64,000 bases of DNA from Pseudomonadota bacterium (GCA_021323865.1 JAJPKF010000019.1:130747-194746), one strand, 5' to 3'; positions 1 through 10,391 are shown, numbered from the stretch's first letter. Notes: generated by a model not told the origin, from the sequence alone. Made by a program: numbers and translations.

Positions 1-154
1 CGATCATCGCGACCCTCAGTCCGGCGAGGTCACTCATGGTTTCCCCCTTCTTGCTTCGAAATTCACCATTGTGGTGCAATCGGCGTGCCTCCGTAAGAGC
101 GCCTCGTCGCCTCAGCTAAGCCGGTCACCCTCGGTCACTGGTTGCGCTGGTCGA

Positions 155-892
155 TCACGGCCAGCTCGTCTCCGTGACCGGTGTGACGATGACCTCCTGA
201 AGTGCCGAGTCACGCGGGAGACGGCAGGCTGTGATCACGACTTCGGCCACATTGGCGGGATCCTGAAGATTCTCCTCGAGGGGCATGGGTATCCCTAACT
301 CCTCAAACCGATCGAAGAAGTGTGTTCGCATTCCACCTGGAATGACGGTGGTCACTCGAATTCCGTGCTCTCGACCCTCGACACCCAAGCCTCGACTGAA
401 CCCCACGAGGCCCCACTTGGATGCATGGTAGGCGGAGGCGTTGGCCCACGCGCGGGTCGCCGCGGTGGAGGCGATGTTGACGATGTGTCCATAGCCCCTG
501 GCTCGCATGGTTGGAAGCACTGCGCGGCTCACTAAGAAGGGACCTCGTAGGTTCACCCCGATCACGGCATCCCACTGTTCCACGCTCATCTCTGCAACTG
601 CCAATGTGTGATCGATGGCAGCACAGCTCACCGCGATATCAACGCTGCCATGCTCCTCTAACGCCCGGTCGACGCAGGCGGCTACAGAATGTTCCTCCGC
701 CACGTTGCACTCCAGGGCTATGGCCGCGACTCCATCCGAGCGCAGGCTGGAAGCCACCTCTTCCGCCGCCTCTCTGCGAATGTCTAGGCACACCACGCGG
801 CTGCCGTGTGAGCCGAATGCTCGGGCGATCGCTGCGCCCAGCCCGCTGCCGGCACCCGTAATGAGCACGACCTTTTCAGAAAGGTCGATCAA
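155..892 (-). CDS. SDR family short-chain dehydrogenase/reductase (last gene of heptose/glycosyltransferase operon)
   Basis: 245 aa; N-terminal TGAGSGLG Rossmann motif, YxxxK (YHASK) catalytic motif; TTG start overlapping upstream GT stop by 4 nt. Confidence 0.8.
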   Translation of the reverse strand: MIDLSEKVVLITGAGSGLGAAIARAFGSHGSRVVCLDIRREAAEEVASSLRSDGVAAIALECNVAEEHSVAACVDRALEEHGSVDIAVSCAAIDHTLAVAEMSVEQWDAVIGVNLRGPFLVSRAVLPTMRARGYGHIVNIASTAATRAWANASAYHASKWGLVGFSRGLGVEGREHGIRVTTVIPGGMRTHFFDRFEELGIPMPLEENLQDPANVAEVVITACRLPRDSALQEVIVTPVTETSWP

Positions 893-2268
893 GCGGCGTC
901 CGTATCGGGATCACGATGTGGAATGCCGATGCCGACGCCTCGACTGGGAAGCGCATCCAGCAGGACGGGTGGGGCTCCGGCTCCCGCCCGTGCCCCAATC
1001 TCCATGATTTGCTTCCTCTCATAACTCTCGATGACCTCCATGTAGAGATTGAGGGTTCGAGTGGCGGTCGTCGACCACGTGAACTCTCGTTCGACACGAC
1101 GACGCCCCAAGTGCCCCATGCGGGCAGCACTCTCTGGGCACTCAAGCACGACGCGGAGCGCCTCGGACAGCGCCGTCGGCTCCTTCGGCGGAACCAACAG
1201 CCCGGTTTCGCCGTCTCGAATCGTGAAGGGGATGCCACCCACGTGGGATCCTATGAATGGCCGTCCGCACGCCATTGCCTCCAGAGGTGTTAGCCCGAAC
1301 GGCTCATACCAAGGGGTAGACACGATAACGTCGGCGGCCGCGTAAAACAACGGCAAGTCATCCGGTTGACGCTTTCCATAGAAGTGGACCAGATGCTGTA
1401 TGCCGAGTTCCGACGCGAGGTCTTGCAAGCGGCCGATCTCGGGCGTGAGAACCGGATCCGGCTCGGAAGACTCTCCGCCCACCACGATCACCATCGGATC
1501 CGCCGTGGTGGTCGCCCGTAGCAGCGCGGTCGCGCGCAGAATGTTGCCCACATCCTTGCGCGGCTGCATACGCCCGATGTACCCGATAATCGCTGCTTCA
1601 GAGGGGAGTCCCAGACTGCGGCGGGCTCCGGCGCGGTCGAGCGGACGGAAGCGCGACGTATCCACGGCCGAAGGGATGATGGTAATGTGATCGATGTCGG
1701 CGTCGTAGTCATGGATCAGTTCATCACGTTCTGATGGACATTGGGCGATCATTCGATCAACGTTTCGAACGATGGAACGCTCGACGGCTATGCGATCCCG
1801 CGGACTGGAGTCGGCGTGGCCCTGGTGGCGCCGTTTGGTAAGTCCCAGAGCATGAAAGATCTGAACCTTCGGGATCCGCAGCTGCGATGCGAGCTGTACA
1901 GTGACCCATCCTGACATCCAGAAGTTGCCGTGGATCACATCGTATACGCAGCCTTCTTGGGCCGCGAACCGGCGAATACCATCGAGAAAGGCAGGCATCA
2001 ACGGCCACAGGTCGTCCTTGGGGAGAAACGAGGGTGGGCCCGCTTCAATGCCGACCGCCCGCACCCCAGGCTCCATCTGGACAACGGGCTCCTGAACGTG
2101 GTCGTCCAGGCGAGAAAACACGTCGACGCGGCAGCCCAAACGGGCCAGATTGCGGCCGACCTGATCGACGTACACGTTCTGCCCCCCGGCATCCGTGCTT
2201 CCCAGGACCGCTAGGGGTGAGGCATGTTCACTGATCATGGCCACGCGTGGTCTGGAGTCAGGCAACAC
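889..2268 (-). CDS. GT4 (GT-B, Glycos_transf_1) glycosyltransferase, MshA-like N-terminus
   Basis: 459 aa ORF; 'RVAMISEHASPLAVLGSTDAGGQNVYV' resembles MshA-type GT4 N-terminus; C-terminal EX7E-like motif. True start may be GTG 2244 or ATG 2238. Confidence 0.75.
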   Translation of the reverse strand: MLPDSRPRVAMISEHASPLAVLGSTDAGGQNVYVDQVGRNLARLGCRVDVFSRLDDHVQEPVVQMEPGVRAVGIEAGPPSFLPKDDLWPLMPAFLDGIRRFAAQEGCVYDVIHGNFWMSGWVTVQLASQLRIPKVQIFHALGLTKRRHQGHADSSPRDRIAVERSIVRNVDRMIAQCPSERDELIHDYDADIDHITIIPSAVDTSRFRPLDRAGARRSLGLPSEAAIIGYIGRMQPRKDVGNILRATALLRATTTADPMVIVVGGESSEPDPVLTPEIGRLQDLASELGIQHLVHFYGKRQPDDLPLFYAAADVIVSTPWYEPFGLTPLEAMACGRPFIGSHVGGIPFTIRDGETGLLVPPKEPTALSEALRVVLECPESAARMGHLGRRRVEREFTWSTTATRTLNLYMEVIESYERKQIMEIGARAGAGAPPVLLDALPSRGVGIGIPHRDPDTDAA

Positions 2269-3273
2269 TTAAGGGGCTCCTCTCGTCCAACCGGCTGACG
2301 GCTGGGTCTGCACCTCTGGCTCGATCCATGACGGCCTCCCAATCACGGGTGAATCGAGCTATGCCGAAGCGCTCCTGAGCCAGGCGTCGTCCGTTCGCGC
2401 CAATGCGTCCTGCAAGACCGGGATCGTCCAGGAGTCTTTCCATCGACTCCCTGAGAACGGCGACATCGCAGGAGACGAATCCTGTCTCTCCATGGTCGAT
2501 AACCATCGGTAGCTCAGTCGTAGCGAGAGCCACAACAGGCATGCCGATGGTCAGGCCTTCTATGACCGCGAGCGGAAGGCTTGTGTAGCGCATGGGGCTG
2601 AACAGGAATCGGTAGCGTGCCACTAGGCGATGGAGATGGCGATATGGAACGTCGCCCAGCCCCCCCAGCGACTCGGTGCCCATGCCCGCTATGTCCAGTG
2701 GCACCTGTTCTCGCAACTTGAGGAAGAGATCGAATCCGGAAATCCGTGGTCGCCGCTCCATACCATTGGCCACCACGATGCCACGGGCTAGGTCCCCCGT
2801 ATACCTGGCTCTCGGGTCAATGGCGACGCTGTGCTCGATGACCGTGGTTGGAAGATCCCCCGAGTCCCACATGATGTCGTTGAAGTGGGTTACGTGCACC
2901 AGCACGTCCGGCCGCCGTGGGAGCGCCCGATCACGGTCCACCGCGGGATGCAACGTGTGCACCGCGTCCGGCTTCGGGGTGTTGTGCTCCAGGTAGATGG
3001 AGGGCAGCTCCTGCTGATGAGACGAAAGAATCTCGAACTGGTCATGGAAGAGGTTGCGGGGAGTTTGGAAGATGACGAGATCCAGGTCCAGATGGCGAAC
3101 CTCTTCCGCCGGCACCTCCCGAACGGTCTGTGGCAGGTCAAAGGTGGTTCCTCGTCCCAAATAGCCTTCAGGACGGTCCGGCTTTGTCGGGAGATACCAG
3201 TTGTGGTCGACTCGGGCGAGCGCATTGAGGTAGCTGCCGTGAATGTGCCAGATAAGAACATTCAGGCGCGGCA
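2258..3273 (-). CDS. GT-B glycosyltransferase (Glycos_transf_1 family)
   Basis: ORF track 2258..3607 but ATG (MPRLNVLIWHIHG...) at 3273 overlaps stop of upstream GT9 gene (3262); C-terminal 'LAVIEGLTIGMPVVALATTELPMVIDHGETGF' EX7E motif. Confidence 0.7.
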
Positions 3274-4416
3274 TACCGCTCTCCGTTCGTACGCGGCTCC
3301 AAGCACGGCCTCTGGAGCCCCGCGTTCGGTTCCCGACTCGTTCAAGAGCTCCCCTGCGGCCGTGACGATCTCGTCGATCGGCACCAGAGTCAGACATTCC
3401 TGATGGTATGGACAGACGCGCCGGTAACAGATGCGGCATGAGACGTCCTGGAACAACTGCCGGAACGGCACCATCCATGGAGACCACTGATGGGGAGGAT
3501 TGGTGAGCGCAAAGAGGGTCACGACCGGGGTGCCCACCGCAGCGCTCACGTGCGCGGGGCCGGTGTTGCTGCAAATCGTCAGATCGCAGGCCTCGATGAG
3601 GCCACACATGGTTGCGAAGTCAATCGTTCCAGTAAGGGAGACCGTACGGGAGCGGCGAGTACTCTTCAAGGAGTCTTGAATCGTTCTTACCAGAGGCGCC
3701 TCCGACTCGGTGCCCGTGAGAAAGACGGTCGCGTTGAAATCGCAAATCAAGCGGTCGACAATGGCGCCGAATCCTTCCGTTGGATAGGTGCGAGCCGGCA
3801 TCGAGCACCCGGGATGAACGACGATGCGCGGCCCGCCGGCAGCATGGGCGGAGAGGATCGTCGCCGAGCGATGATGCGCGATTTCCGGGACACGGAGCCG
3901 CAAATGCAGGTCGTCAGTTTGCATTCCTACCGATGCGACGAGCTCAATGCTCCGCATCACCTCATGTGGAAACTCGCCCGTGTAGTCGCCGTCGTGTTTC
4001 ACTCTCGTCGTGAGCAGCGAGCCGGGCCCTTCAACGGATGCGCCCAGACGAAGAGGGATGCCCGCGAGGTAGCAGAGATAGGCGGCGGCGACGCAGCTCT
4101 GACGGAAGGACGTGAAGATGATCGCGGCGTCGAATCCGGCCGACCTCAGCTCCTCAACCAGGTGCAGCTCTCTGGCCGGATCGCATTCCAGCTGGCTCCA
4201 CGGATCCATCCATGGAGCCTGGTACTCGATCACCTCGTCGATGTCGGGATTGAGGCGCCCAACCTGGGCCCCGACGGGACTGCACAGAAGGGTCAGGTGG
4301 GCTTGCGGAAGCGAATGTCGAACAGCTCGAATGGCCGGTGTCGTTACGAGCACATCGCCGAGATTGTCGAGGCGCACCAAGAGAACGCGGCTCAGCCCCA
4401 CCCATGCCGGATCCAA
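3262..4416 (-). CDS. GT9 family heptosyltransferase (ADP-heptose:acceptor heptosyltransferase)
   Basis: 384 aa; 'SRVLLVRLDNLGDVLVTTPAIRAV' N-terminus typical of GT9 (RfaF/RfaC-like); immediately downstream of hldE. Confidence 0.75.
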   Translation of the reverse strand: MDPAWVGLSRVLLVRLDNLGDVLVTTPAIRAVRHSLPQAHLTLLCSPVGAQVGRLNPDIDEVIEYQAPWMDPWSQLECDPARELHLVEELRSAGFDAAIIFTSFRQSCVAAAYLCYLAGIPLRLGASVEGPGSLLTTRVKHDGDYTGEFPHEVMRSIELVASVGMQTDDLHLRLRVPEIAHHRSATILSAHAAGGPRIVVHPGCSMPARTYPTEGFGAIVDRLICDFNATVFLTGTESEAPLVRTIQDSLKSTRRSRTVSLTGTIDFATMCGLIEACDLTICSNTGPAHVSAAVGTPVVTLFALTNPPHQWSPWMVPFRQLFQDVSCRICYRRVCPYHQECLTLVPIDEIVTAAGELLNESGTERGAPEAVLGAAYERRAVCRA

Positions 4417-5922
4417 TTAGGCCCTCATCTCGGCGGGTTCCCGTGGCGTTGCCGGTTCTGTGCCCAGCGAAAGTATCCGCTCGATCACCGCTGTGGTGCT
4501 GATTGTCCCGGAGAGTGGGACGATGTAAACGCGCCCCCCGATGTCCTCGACCGCTTGCGCTTCCGGAAGGAGCCGGCCCTCGTAGTCGCCTCCCTTCGCA
4601 TGCACATGCGGTCGGAGGGTTCGGATGATATCGGATGGTTCATCCTCGTCGAACACGATGACATGATCGACGGTCTCGAGAGCCGCGAGAAGAGCGGCCC
4701 GATGGTGCTCTGCATTGATGGGGCGGTTGCGGCCTTTCAGACGTCGCACACTAGCATCCGAGTTGACGCCGACGACTAGGATGTCTCCCAAAGCTTTGGC
4801 TGCGCGGAGAAATTCGACGTGCCCCGCGTGAAGGATGTCGAATACCCCGTTGGTGAAGACAATCGTCTTGCCGAGAGCCCGTTCGCGATCCAATACTGGG
4901 ATCAACTCTTCCAAACGCGGTTGCCGGTGCCGGTCGCTGAGGCTGGTCTGCTGAAGGAGCTCCTGCTGGCTGACGACCGCCGTCCCTGACTGACGAACAG
5001 CCAGACGGGCAGCTTCAATCGCGATCCGGGCGCCACTTCGAACGGGGGCCCCGACCGCTACGCTGAGCGCCAGGGCGGCAAGAAATGAGTCGCCGGCCCC
5101 CACATCGTGGGGATCCACAACCGGACCTGCCGGGATGTGGGCGATTTGCCCCGTGCGCTCCACCACCGTAACGCCGTCTGCCGCCCGCGTGATGGCTACG
5201 GCCTCGGCGTCCACGAGGGCCAGCATCCGTCGCCCGATCATTTCGACCGTCTCATCGGCGATTCGCTCGTGATCCGGTGCTCGTCGCTCGACCGCGGTGA
5301 ACGCCTCGAGATGGTTGGGTGTCATCACCGTGGCGCCGATGGAACGGCAGCGCCGAATATCCTTGGAATCGACGAACAGGGGCTTGGGTCTGGTGGACCG
5401 AGCGCGGCCGAGACGCTGGACGAGCGCATCGCTTACGGTTCCATATCCGTAGTCGGAGATGACCACAAGATCCACCGATCCGTAGAGATTGTCTACCGCA
5501 TCCAGCATCACCCTTTGTGACTCGACAGACCATTGGTCCCGCTCGCCTTCGTCGAACCTGACAACGTATTGACCATTGGCAAGGATGCGCAGCTTGTGGA
5601 TGGTTGGCGCGGTGGTGTCGATTACTCGGTGGCTGCATGAGATGCCACATCGATGAAGAAGAGACTCCATCGTTTGGCCGGGCTGGTCGTTTCCGCGGAT
5701 GAAGGGAAAGTGCACGTCCGCGCCCATGGCACGGAGATTGGCGGCGGTGTTGCCCGCGCCCCCCGGGCTGCTCTGCGACCCAGATCGCTGAACTACGGGT
5801 ACAGGACCTTCACTGCAGAGGCGCTGCGCCGATCCCTCCAAATAGGTGTCAAGCATCGCGTCGCCCAAGACGAGAACCCGGAGATCTTTGAACGACCGGA
5901 CGTAGTCGAGCAGGTCAGCCAC
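4417..5922 (-). CDS. hldE: bifunctional D-beta-D-heptose 7-phosphate kinase / D-beta-D-heptose 1-phosphate adenylyltransferase
   Basis: 501 aa; N-terminal PfkB carbohydrate kinase domain plus C-terminal cytidylyltransferase domain with 'TNGVFDILHAGHVEFL' motif; GTG start overlaps gmhB stop. Confidence 0.85.
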   Translation of the reverse strand: MADLLDYVRSFKDLRVLVLGDAMLDTYLEGSAQRLCSEGPVPVVQRSGSQSSPGGAGNTAANLRAMGADVHFPFIRGNDQPGQTMESLLHRCGISCSHRVIDTTAPTIHKLRILANGQYVVRFDEGERDQWSVESQRVMLDAVDNLYGSVDLVVISDYGYGTVSDALVQRLGRARSTRPKPLFVDSKDIRRCRSIGATVMTPNHLEAFTAVERRAPDHERIADETVEMIGRRMLALVDAEAVAITRAADGVTVVERTGQIAHIPAGPVVDPHDVGAGDSFLAALALSVAVGAPVRSGARIAIEAARLAVRQSGTAVVSQQELLQQTSLSDRHRQPRLEELIPVLDRERALGKTIVFTNGVFDILHAGHVEFLRAAKALGDILVVGVNSDASVRRLKGRNRPINAEHHRAALLAALETVDHVIVFDEDEPSDIIRTLRPHVHAKGGDYEGRLLPEAQAVEDIGGRVYIVPLSGTISTTAVIERILSLGTEPATPREPAEMRA

Positions 5923-6559
5923 CGGCCGCTCCTACCGGAACTTCACGTTGCGACCAGCGGCTCGGTTGATATTGCAGCTCTGTCTGCGGCCCAAGCCCTT
6001 CACAAAATCGGATCAAGCGAAGTCCGTGGAGGGTATCTCGCGCCACGAACTCGGGCCTCCGGTCGTTGACCATGGACTTCGACTCCGTTCCCAGATCCAC
6101 CAAAACCGTCCGGCAGCCGACCCGATTGCCGGCTTCGACATCATCGAGGATGTCTCCAATCAGCCAGGAAATGTCTAGGTCTAGGGAGAGGTCGCTGGCC
6201 GCCTGCAGGAGCATGCCGGGCTCCGGCTTCCGGCAACCGCAGTGGCGAGCGAGGCCGGGGACAACGCCATCAGGATGATGAGGGCAGAAGTAGATTCCTG
6301 CCAGGGTCACCCCTTCGTCGGCTAACCTCTTACCAAGCGATGCATGCATTCGGTCGAGATCCTCAGGGCTGAACAGCCCTCGGGCGATCCCCGACTGATT
6401 GGTGATGAGCACCAGCCGGAACCCGGCATTCTGGAGCAGGCGCAACTCAGCAGGAATGCCGGGGTAGATCTGTAGTTCGTCCGGTCGCGACGGGTAGTGG
6501 CGCGGCCGGACCAAGGTGCCGTCCCGATCCAGAAAAACCGCTCGCCATCGCCCGCTCAC
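5915..6559 (-). CDS. gmhB: D-glycero-D-manno-heptose 1,7-bisphosphate phosphatase (HAD family)
   Basis: 214 aa; 'VFLDRDGTL' HAD motif I, 'LVLITNQSG', 'IGD' motifs; GTGA overlap with gmhA stop. Confidence 0.8.
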   Translation of the reverse strand: MSGRWRAVFLDRDGTLVRPRHYPSRPDELQIYPGIPAELRLLQNAGFRLVLITNQSGIARGLFSPEDLDRMHASLGKRLADEGVTLAGIYFCPHHPDGVVPGLARHCGCRKPEPGMLLQAASDLSLDLDISWLIGDILDDVEAGNRVGCRTVLVDLGTESKSMVNDRRPEFVARDTLHGLRLIRFCEGLGPQTELQYQPSRWSQREVPVGAAGG

Positions 6560-7218
6560 GTGCCGGCGCTCCTTGTCGATTCAGTCAGCTGCGCCTCAAC
6601 CACCTCACACACCACATGGGTGATCACGGCATGGATCTCCTGGATGCGACACGTGTCGACACTGCCGGCCGCAACAACCAGGTCGCAATGATCTCCAAGA
6701 GCGCAAAAGGGTGTGCCAAGAATGCCGATGGTCCGTATGTCCATCCTCCGGGCACTCTCTGCGGCGACCAGCAGGTTCCGTGACTGACCGCTGGTAGAGA
6801 AGAGGACAAGCAGGTCACCCGGCCGCCCCTGTGCTGCGAGTTGACGGGCAAAGACTTCCTGGTAGCCATAGTCGTTGGCCAGCGCCGTCAGGACGGTGGA
6901 GTCGGCAGTGAGGGCAATGGCGGCATATGGCTCTCGCTCGAAACGGAACCGGCCCACCAGCTCTGCCGCGAAGTGCTGCGCCTCGGCGGCGCTGCCGCCG
7001 TTACCGGCCGTAAAGACCCTGTTGCCGCGGTCGAGCGTTTCCGCAACCAAATCGGCGGCCCGTTCGACCATCGTCGGGTTGTTGGCCATCGTGGAAAGGG
7101 CATCGCCAAGCTCGTTACGCGCACGCTGAAGAGAGTCGATGACTGAGTCGACCCTGGTGAGCGGCTTCTCGAACGGCAGAGTGCTCAGAGGGCAGCCTCC
7201 CCGCGTCCTCATGGTCAC
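6556..7218 (-). CDS. gmhA: phosphoheptose isomerase (sedoheptulose-7-phosphate isomerase), SIS domain
   Basis: 220 aa; 'FTAGNGGSAAEAQHFAAELVGRF' SIS/GmhA signature; first gene of heptose operon. Confidence 0.8.
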   Translation of the reverse strand: MTMRTRGGCPLSTLPFEKPLTRVDSVIDSLQRARNELGDALSTMANNPTMVERAADLVAETLDRGNRVFTAGNGGSAAEAQHFAAELVGRFRFEREPYAAIALTADSTVLTALANDYGYQEVFARQLAAQGRPGDLLVLFSTSGQSRNLLVAAESARRMDIRTIGILGTPFCALGDHCDLVVAAGSVDTCRIQEIHAVITHVVCEVVEAQLTESTRSAGT

Positions 7219-7391
7219 CGGGTAGTCTGTACCCGTCTATCTGAACCTATGCCGCTTCTTGGTTCACAAACATCGGGCAGGTGACCAAAGCTCGAGCGCT
7301 TCGGATGCCGCCGCTTTTGGGCACGTGCACGGGAACTGCCCGTGCGTGGCTCACTGGGTTGGCCAGCCTTCTCCCGTGAGGAGGCGGAGCC

Positions 7392-8819
7392 CTAGGGAGC
7401 CGCCTTCACACTGTTGACGAGGCGCGTGAGTGAGTCCTTGGCGTCGCCAAACAGCATGGCTGTCTTGGGGTCAAGGTACAGCGGATTGTCGATTCCCGCG
7501 AAGCCCGGACGCATGCTGCGCTTCAGAACGATGATGTTTCGGGCCTGATCCACATTCAGAATGGGCATGCCGTAGATGGGACTGCTGCGGTCGGTGCGGG
7601 CGGCGGGATTGGTCACGTCGTTGGCTCCCACCACCAAGGCCACCTCGCTGTGAGCGAATTCGCCATTGATCTGGTCCATATCGAAGAGCTGCGAATAGGC
7701 AACGTCGGCCTCGGCCAGCAGCACGTTCATGTGGCCCGGCATCCGACCGGCGACGGGATGAATGGCATATTTCACACTGACGTCGCGCTTCTCCAAGAGC
7801 TCACCCAGCTCGTGCACCTGGTGCTGCGCCTGGGCAACCGCCAGTCCGTAGCCTGGGACAACGATGACCTGGTCGGCGTAGATCATGAGGGTCGCCGCGT
7901 CGTCCACCGATATCTCTCTCACTGTGCCGGAGGCGGCCAGGGCGGCTCCTCCACCTGAGGGAGCGGCGCCAAATGCACCGAAGAGCACATTGGTCAACGG
8001 CCGGTTCATGGCCTTGGCCATCAGTTGGGTCAGGAGCGTTCCGGAAGCGCCGACCAAGGCGCCGGAAACGATAAGCAGCTCGTTGGAGAGCACGAAGCCC
8101 GTGAGGGCCGCGGCAAGGCCGGTGAGAGAGTTCATCAGTGAAATGACGACGGGCATATCGGCGCCGCCGATAGGGATGACCAAGAGCAGGCCCAGCAGAA
8201 TGGCCGCCAGGATGAGCAGAGCGAAGATCGCGTAGCTGCTCGTAACGGCCGCTGCCAGAACCCCCAGGACCACAATCGCGATGACCAATGTAGCCACGAT
8301 GAACTGCTGAAACGGAAGCCGGATCGCGCCCCCGCCCACGATTTCCTGCAGCTTGGCGAAGGCCACCATACTACCGGCGAAGGAAACGCAGCCGATGGCC
8401 GAGCCCAGCATGATGGTCGCGAGCTGACCGCCGCTTCCTCCCCGGAGGTGCGCCTCTGTAAGGTGGACCAGCTCGAGGGCCGACACGGCGGCCGCAGCGC
8501 CGCCTCCCATGCCGTTAAAGATGGCCACCATTTGCGGCATGGCGGTCATCAGGACCCGCCGGGCGCTGATGACGCCGGCCGTTCCTCCGAGGGCCATGCC
8601 CAGGAAGATGATGATCCAGTTGACGGCGTGCGGATGAATGCCTGAAGGCAGAACACCGGAGCCGGCGGGCGAGACCAAGGTGGCGACCACTGCCAGCGTC
8701 ATCCCTGCCGCCGCCACTCGATTGCCAAGACGCGCCGTGACTGGTGATCCAAGCTGGCGAAGGCCAAAGATGAACACCACCGCCGCGATGAGATAGGCAA
8801 TGCCGATGGCGGTGTTCAC
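7392..8819 (-). CDS. pntB: NAD(P) transhydrogenase subunit beta
   Basis: 475 aa polytopic membrane N-terminus plus C-terminal NADP(H)-binding domain; GTGA overlap with pntAB. Confidence 0.9.
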   Translation of the reverse strand: MNTAIGIAYLIAAVVFIFGLRQLGSPVTARLGNRVAAAGMTLAVVATLVSPAGSGVLPSGIHPHAVNWIIIFLGMALGGTAGVISARRVLMTAMPQMVAIFNGMGGGAAAAVSALELVHLTEAHLRGGSGGQLATIMLGSAIGCVSFAGSMVAFAKLQEIVGGGAIRLPFQQFIVATLVIAIVVLGVLAAAVTSSYAIFALLILAAILLGLLLVIPIGGADMPVVISLMNSLTGLAAALTGFVLSNELLIVSGALVGASGTLLTQLMAKAMNRPLTNVLFGAFGAAPSGGGAALAASGTVREISVDDAATLMIYADQVIVVPGYGLAVAQAQHQVHELGELLEKRDVSVKYAIHPVAGRMPGHMNVLLAEADVAYSQLFDMDQINGEFAHSEVALVVGANDVTNPAARTDRSSPIYGMPILNVDQARNIIVLKRSMRPGFAGIDNPLYLDPKTAMLFGDAKDSLTRLVNSVKAAP

Positions 8820-9112
8820 TCTTTCCGCTGGCTCCTGGGCTTGAACATCTGGAGCATACGATCGGTGACGACGAAGCCACCGAATACATTAAGGCTGCCG
8901 AGGACAACGGCAACAAAGGCCAGTACGTCGGTTGCCGGGTTGCGGGCCTGGAATGCCACGAGGATGGCGCCCACCAGGACCACTCCGTGGATGGCGTTGG
9001 TGCCCGACATCAGCGGGGTATGCAGCATTGAAGGCACGCGGGCGATGACTTCGAATCCCACCAGAATGGCGAGCACAAAGACGTAGGCGCCGAGAATGAT
9101 CGAGCTGTTCAT
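8816..9112 (-). CDS. pntAB: NAD(P) transhydrogenase subunit alpha part 2 (membrane)
   Basis: 98 aa hydrophobic protein between pntAA and pntB; ATG start. Confidence 0.85.
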   Translation of the reverse strand: MNSSIILGAYVFVLAILVGFEVIARVPSMLHTPLMSGTNAIHGVVLVGAILVAFQARNPATDVLAFVAVVLGSLNVFGGFVVTDRMLQMFKPRSQRKE

Positions 9113-9124
9113 GACTTCATTCCG

Positions 9125-10216
9125 CTACTTGAGGATCTGTCCGTCGTGAGTCACGCAGGCGCCTTGGATAATCTCGTCGTCGAAGTCCAGGTGCAGATTT
9201 CCCTCCTGAACCAGCAACGACACGAAGCTGCTTACGTTTCGAGACAGCATCTGGCTGGCTTGGGTGGCGGCCTGGGCCGGTAGGTTGCGCGGACCCACGA
9301 TCGTTACTCCATGGGCAACCACGGTCTCGCCGGCTTTGGTCAGCTCGCAATTGCCGCCCTGCTCCGCCGCCAGGTCGACGATGACGGCGCCCGGCTTCAT
9401 GCGCTGGATCATTTCCTCACTGATGAGAATTGGGGCAGGCTTTCCGGGAATCAGCGCCGTGGTGATGATCGCGTCCACCGTCGCGAGGTGCTCTCCGATC
9501 GCCTCCTGCTCACGCCGCAGGAACTCCTCGCCTACATCGCGGGCGTATCCTCCCTCGGTGCCTTCGACCTGAAGCTCCGGCGGCATCTCGACGAACGTAG
9601 CCCCCACGCTCTGCACCTGCTCCCGCACCTCGGGTCGGGTATCGAAGCCGAAGGTCATCGCTCCCAGCCGTTTGGCCGTCGCCAGCGCTTGGAGACCGGC
9701 GACGCCGGCCCCCAGCACCAGCACCCGACAGGGAGGCTGGGTGCCGGCGGCCGTAATCAGCATGGGGAACATGCGTTTGGATGCCTCAGCCGCCAGCAGA
9801 ACCGCCCGGTAGCCGGCGATGGTGCTCATGGACGAGAGCGCGTCCATGGACTGAGCGCGGGTAATGCGCGGAATTGACTCGAGGGCGAATGAGGTCACCC
9901 GGTGATTGGCCAGCTGTGCGAGCAGCTCCCGATTCCGAAGAGGATCGAGGAAGCCGATGAGGATGGAAGCTTCGGGGAGCGCTTGAATCTCCGACTCAGA
10001 AGGAGGTCGGGCGACCACCGCGATTGCGGTAGTTTGCGCGAGCTGGGATGCGGGCACGATATTTGCTCCCGCCGATGAGTACGCGTCGTCAGGAAAGTTC
10101 GCTTGGAAGCCCGCGCCTACCTCGACCCGTACGGAGACTCCAATCTTGGTCAGGCGTGGCACATCGTCGGGAACCAATGCCACTCGCGTCTCATCGGGCT
10201 GGGTTTCTCGGCGCAC
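9125..10216 (-). CDS. pntAA: NAD(P) transhydrogenase subunit alpha part 1 (AlaDH/PNT domain)
   Basis: 363 aa; AlaDH/PNT N- and C-domains, 'VLVLGAGVAGLQA' NAD-binding loop. Confidence 0.85.
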   Translation of the reverse strand: MRRETQPDETRVALVPDDVPRLTKIGVSVRVEVGAGFQANFPDDAYSSAGANIVPASQLAQTTAIAVVARPPSESEIQALPEASILIGFLDPLRNRELLAQLANHRVTSFALESIPRITRAQSMDALSSMSTIAGYRAVLLAAEASKRMFPMLITAAGTQPPCRVLVLGAGVAGLQALATAKRLGAMTFGFDTRPEVREQVQSVGATFVEMPPELQVEGTEGGYARDVGEEFLRREQEAIGEHLATVDAIITTALIPGKPAPILISEEMIQRMKPGAVIVDLAAEQGGNCELTKAGETVVAHGVTIVGPRNLPAQAATQASQMLSRNVSSFVSLLVQEGNLHLDFDDEIIQGACVTHDGQILK

Positions 10217-10391
10217 GGCCAGAACCGGGGCCGGCCCGGTATGAGCCGGCGTCTCTTCAGACAGTTATCCGCCTCCTTCGCAGCGGCCACGAACGGCTCG
10301 CGGGTGGGGACGACCATGGCAGTATAGACGCTGGCTCCGGCGTTGCTATTCGGGCCGCCAGCCGGTGGGCGCTCCTGCCTCCGGTTGCCGG

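Noticed and set aside
2258-3607. Extended 449-aa version of the glycosyltransferase ORF
   Set aside because: The first ~112 codons overlap the GT9 gene coding sequence. A conserved ATG (MPRLNVL…) at 3273 gives a compact 4-gene coupled arrangement.
3490-4779. 429-aa plus-strand ORF spanning the GT9/hldE region
   Set aside because: It is antisense to two genes with strong conserved motifs. Its Arg/Gly/Ala-rich low-complexity translation is typical of shadow ORFs in high-GC DNA.
7219-7391. Possible terminator hairpin CACGGG-aactg-CCCGTG between pntB and gmhA
   Set aside because: Only a 6-bp stem and no T-tract. Could equally be part of the gmhA promoter region; insufficient evidence.
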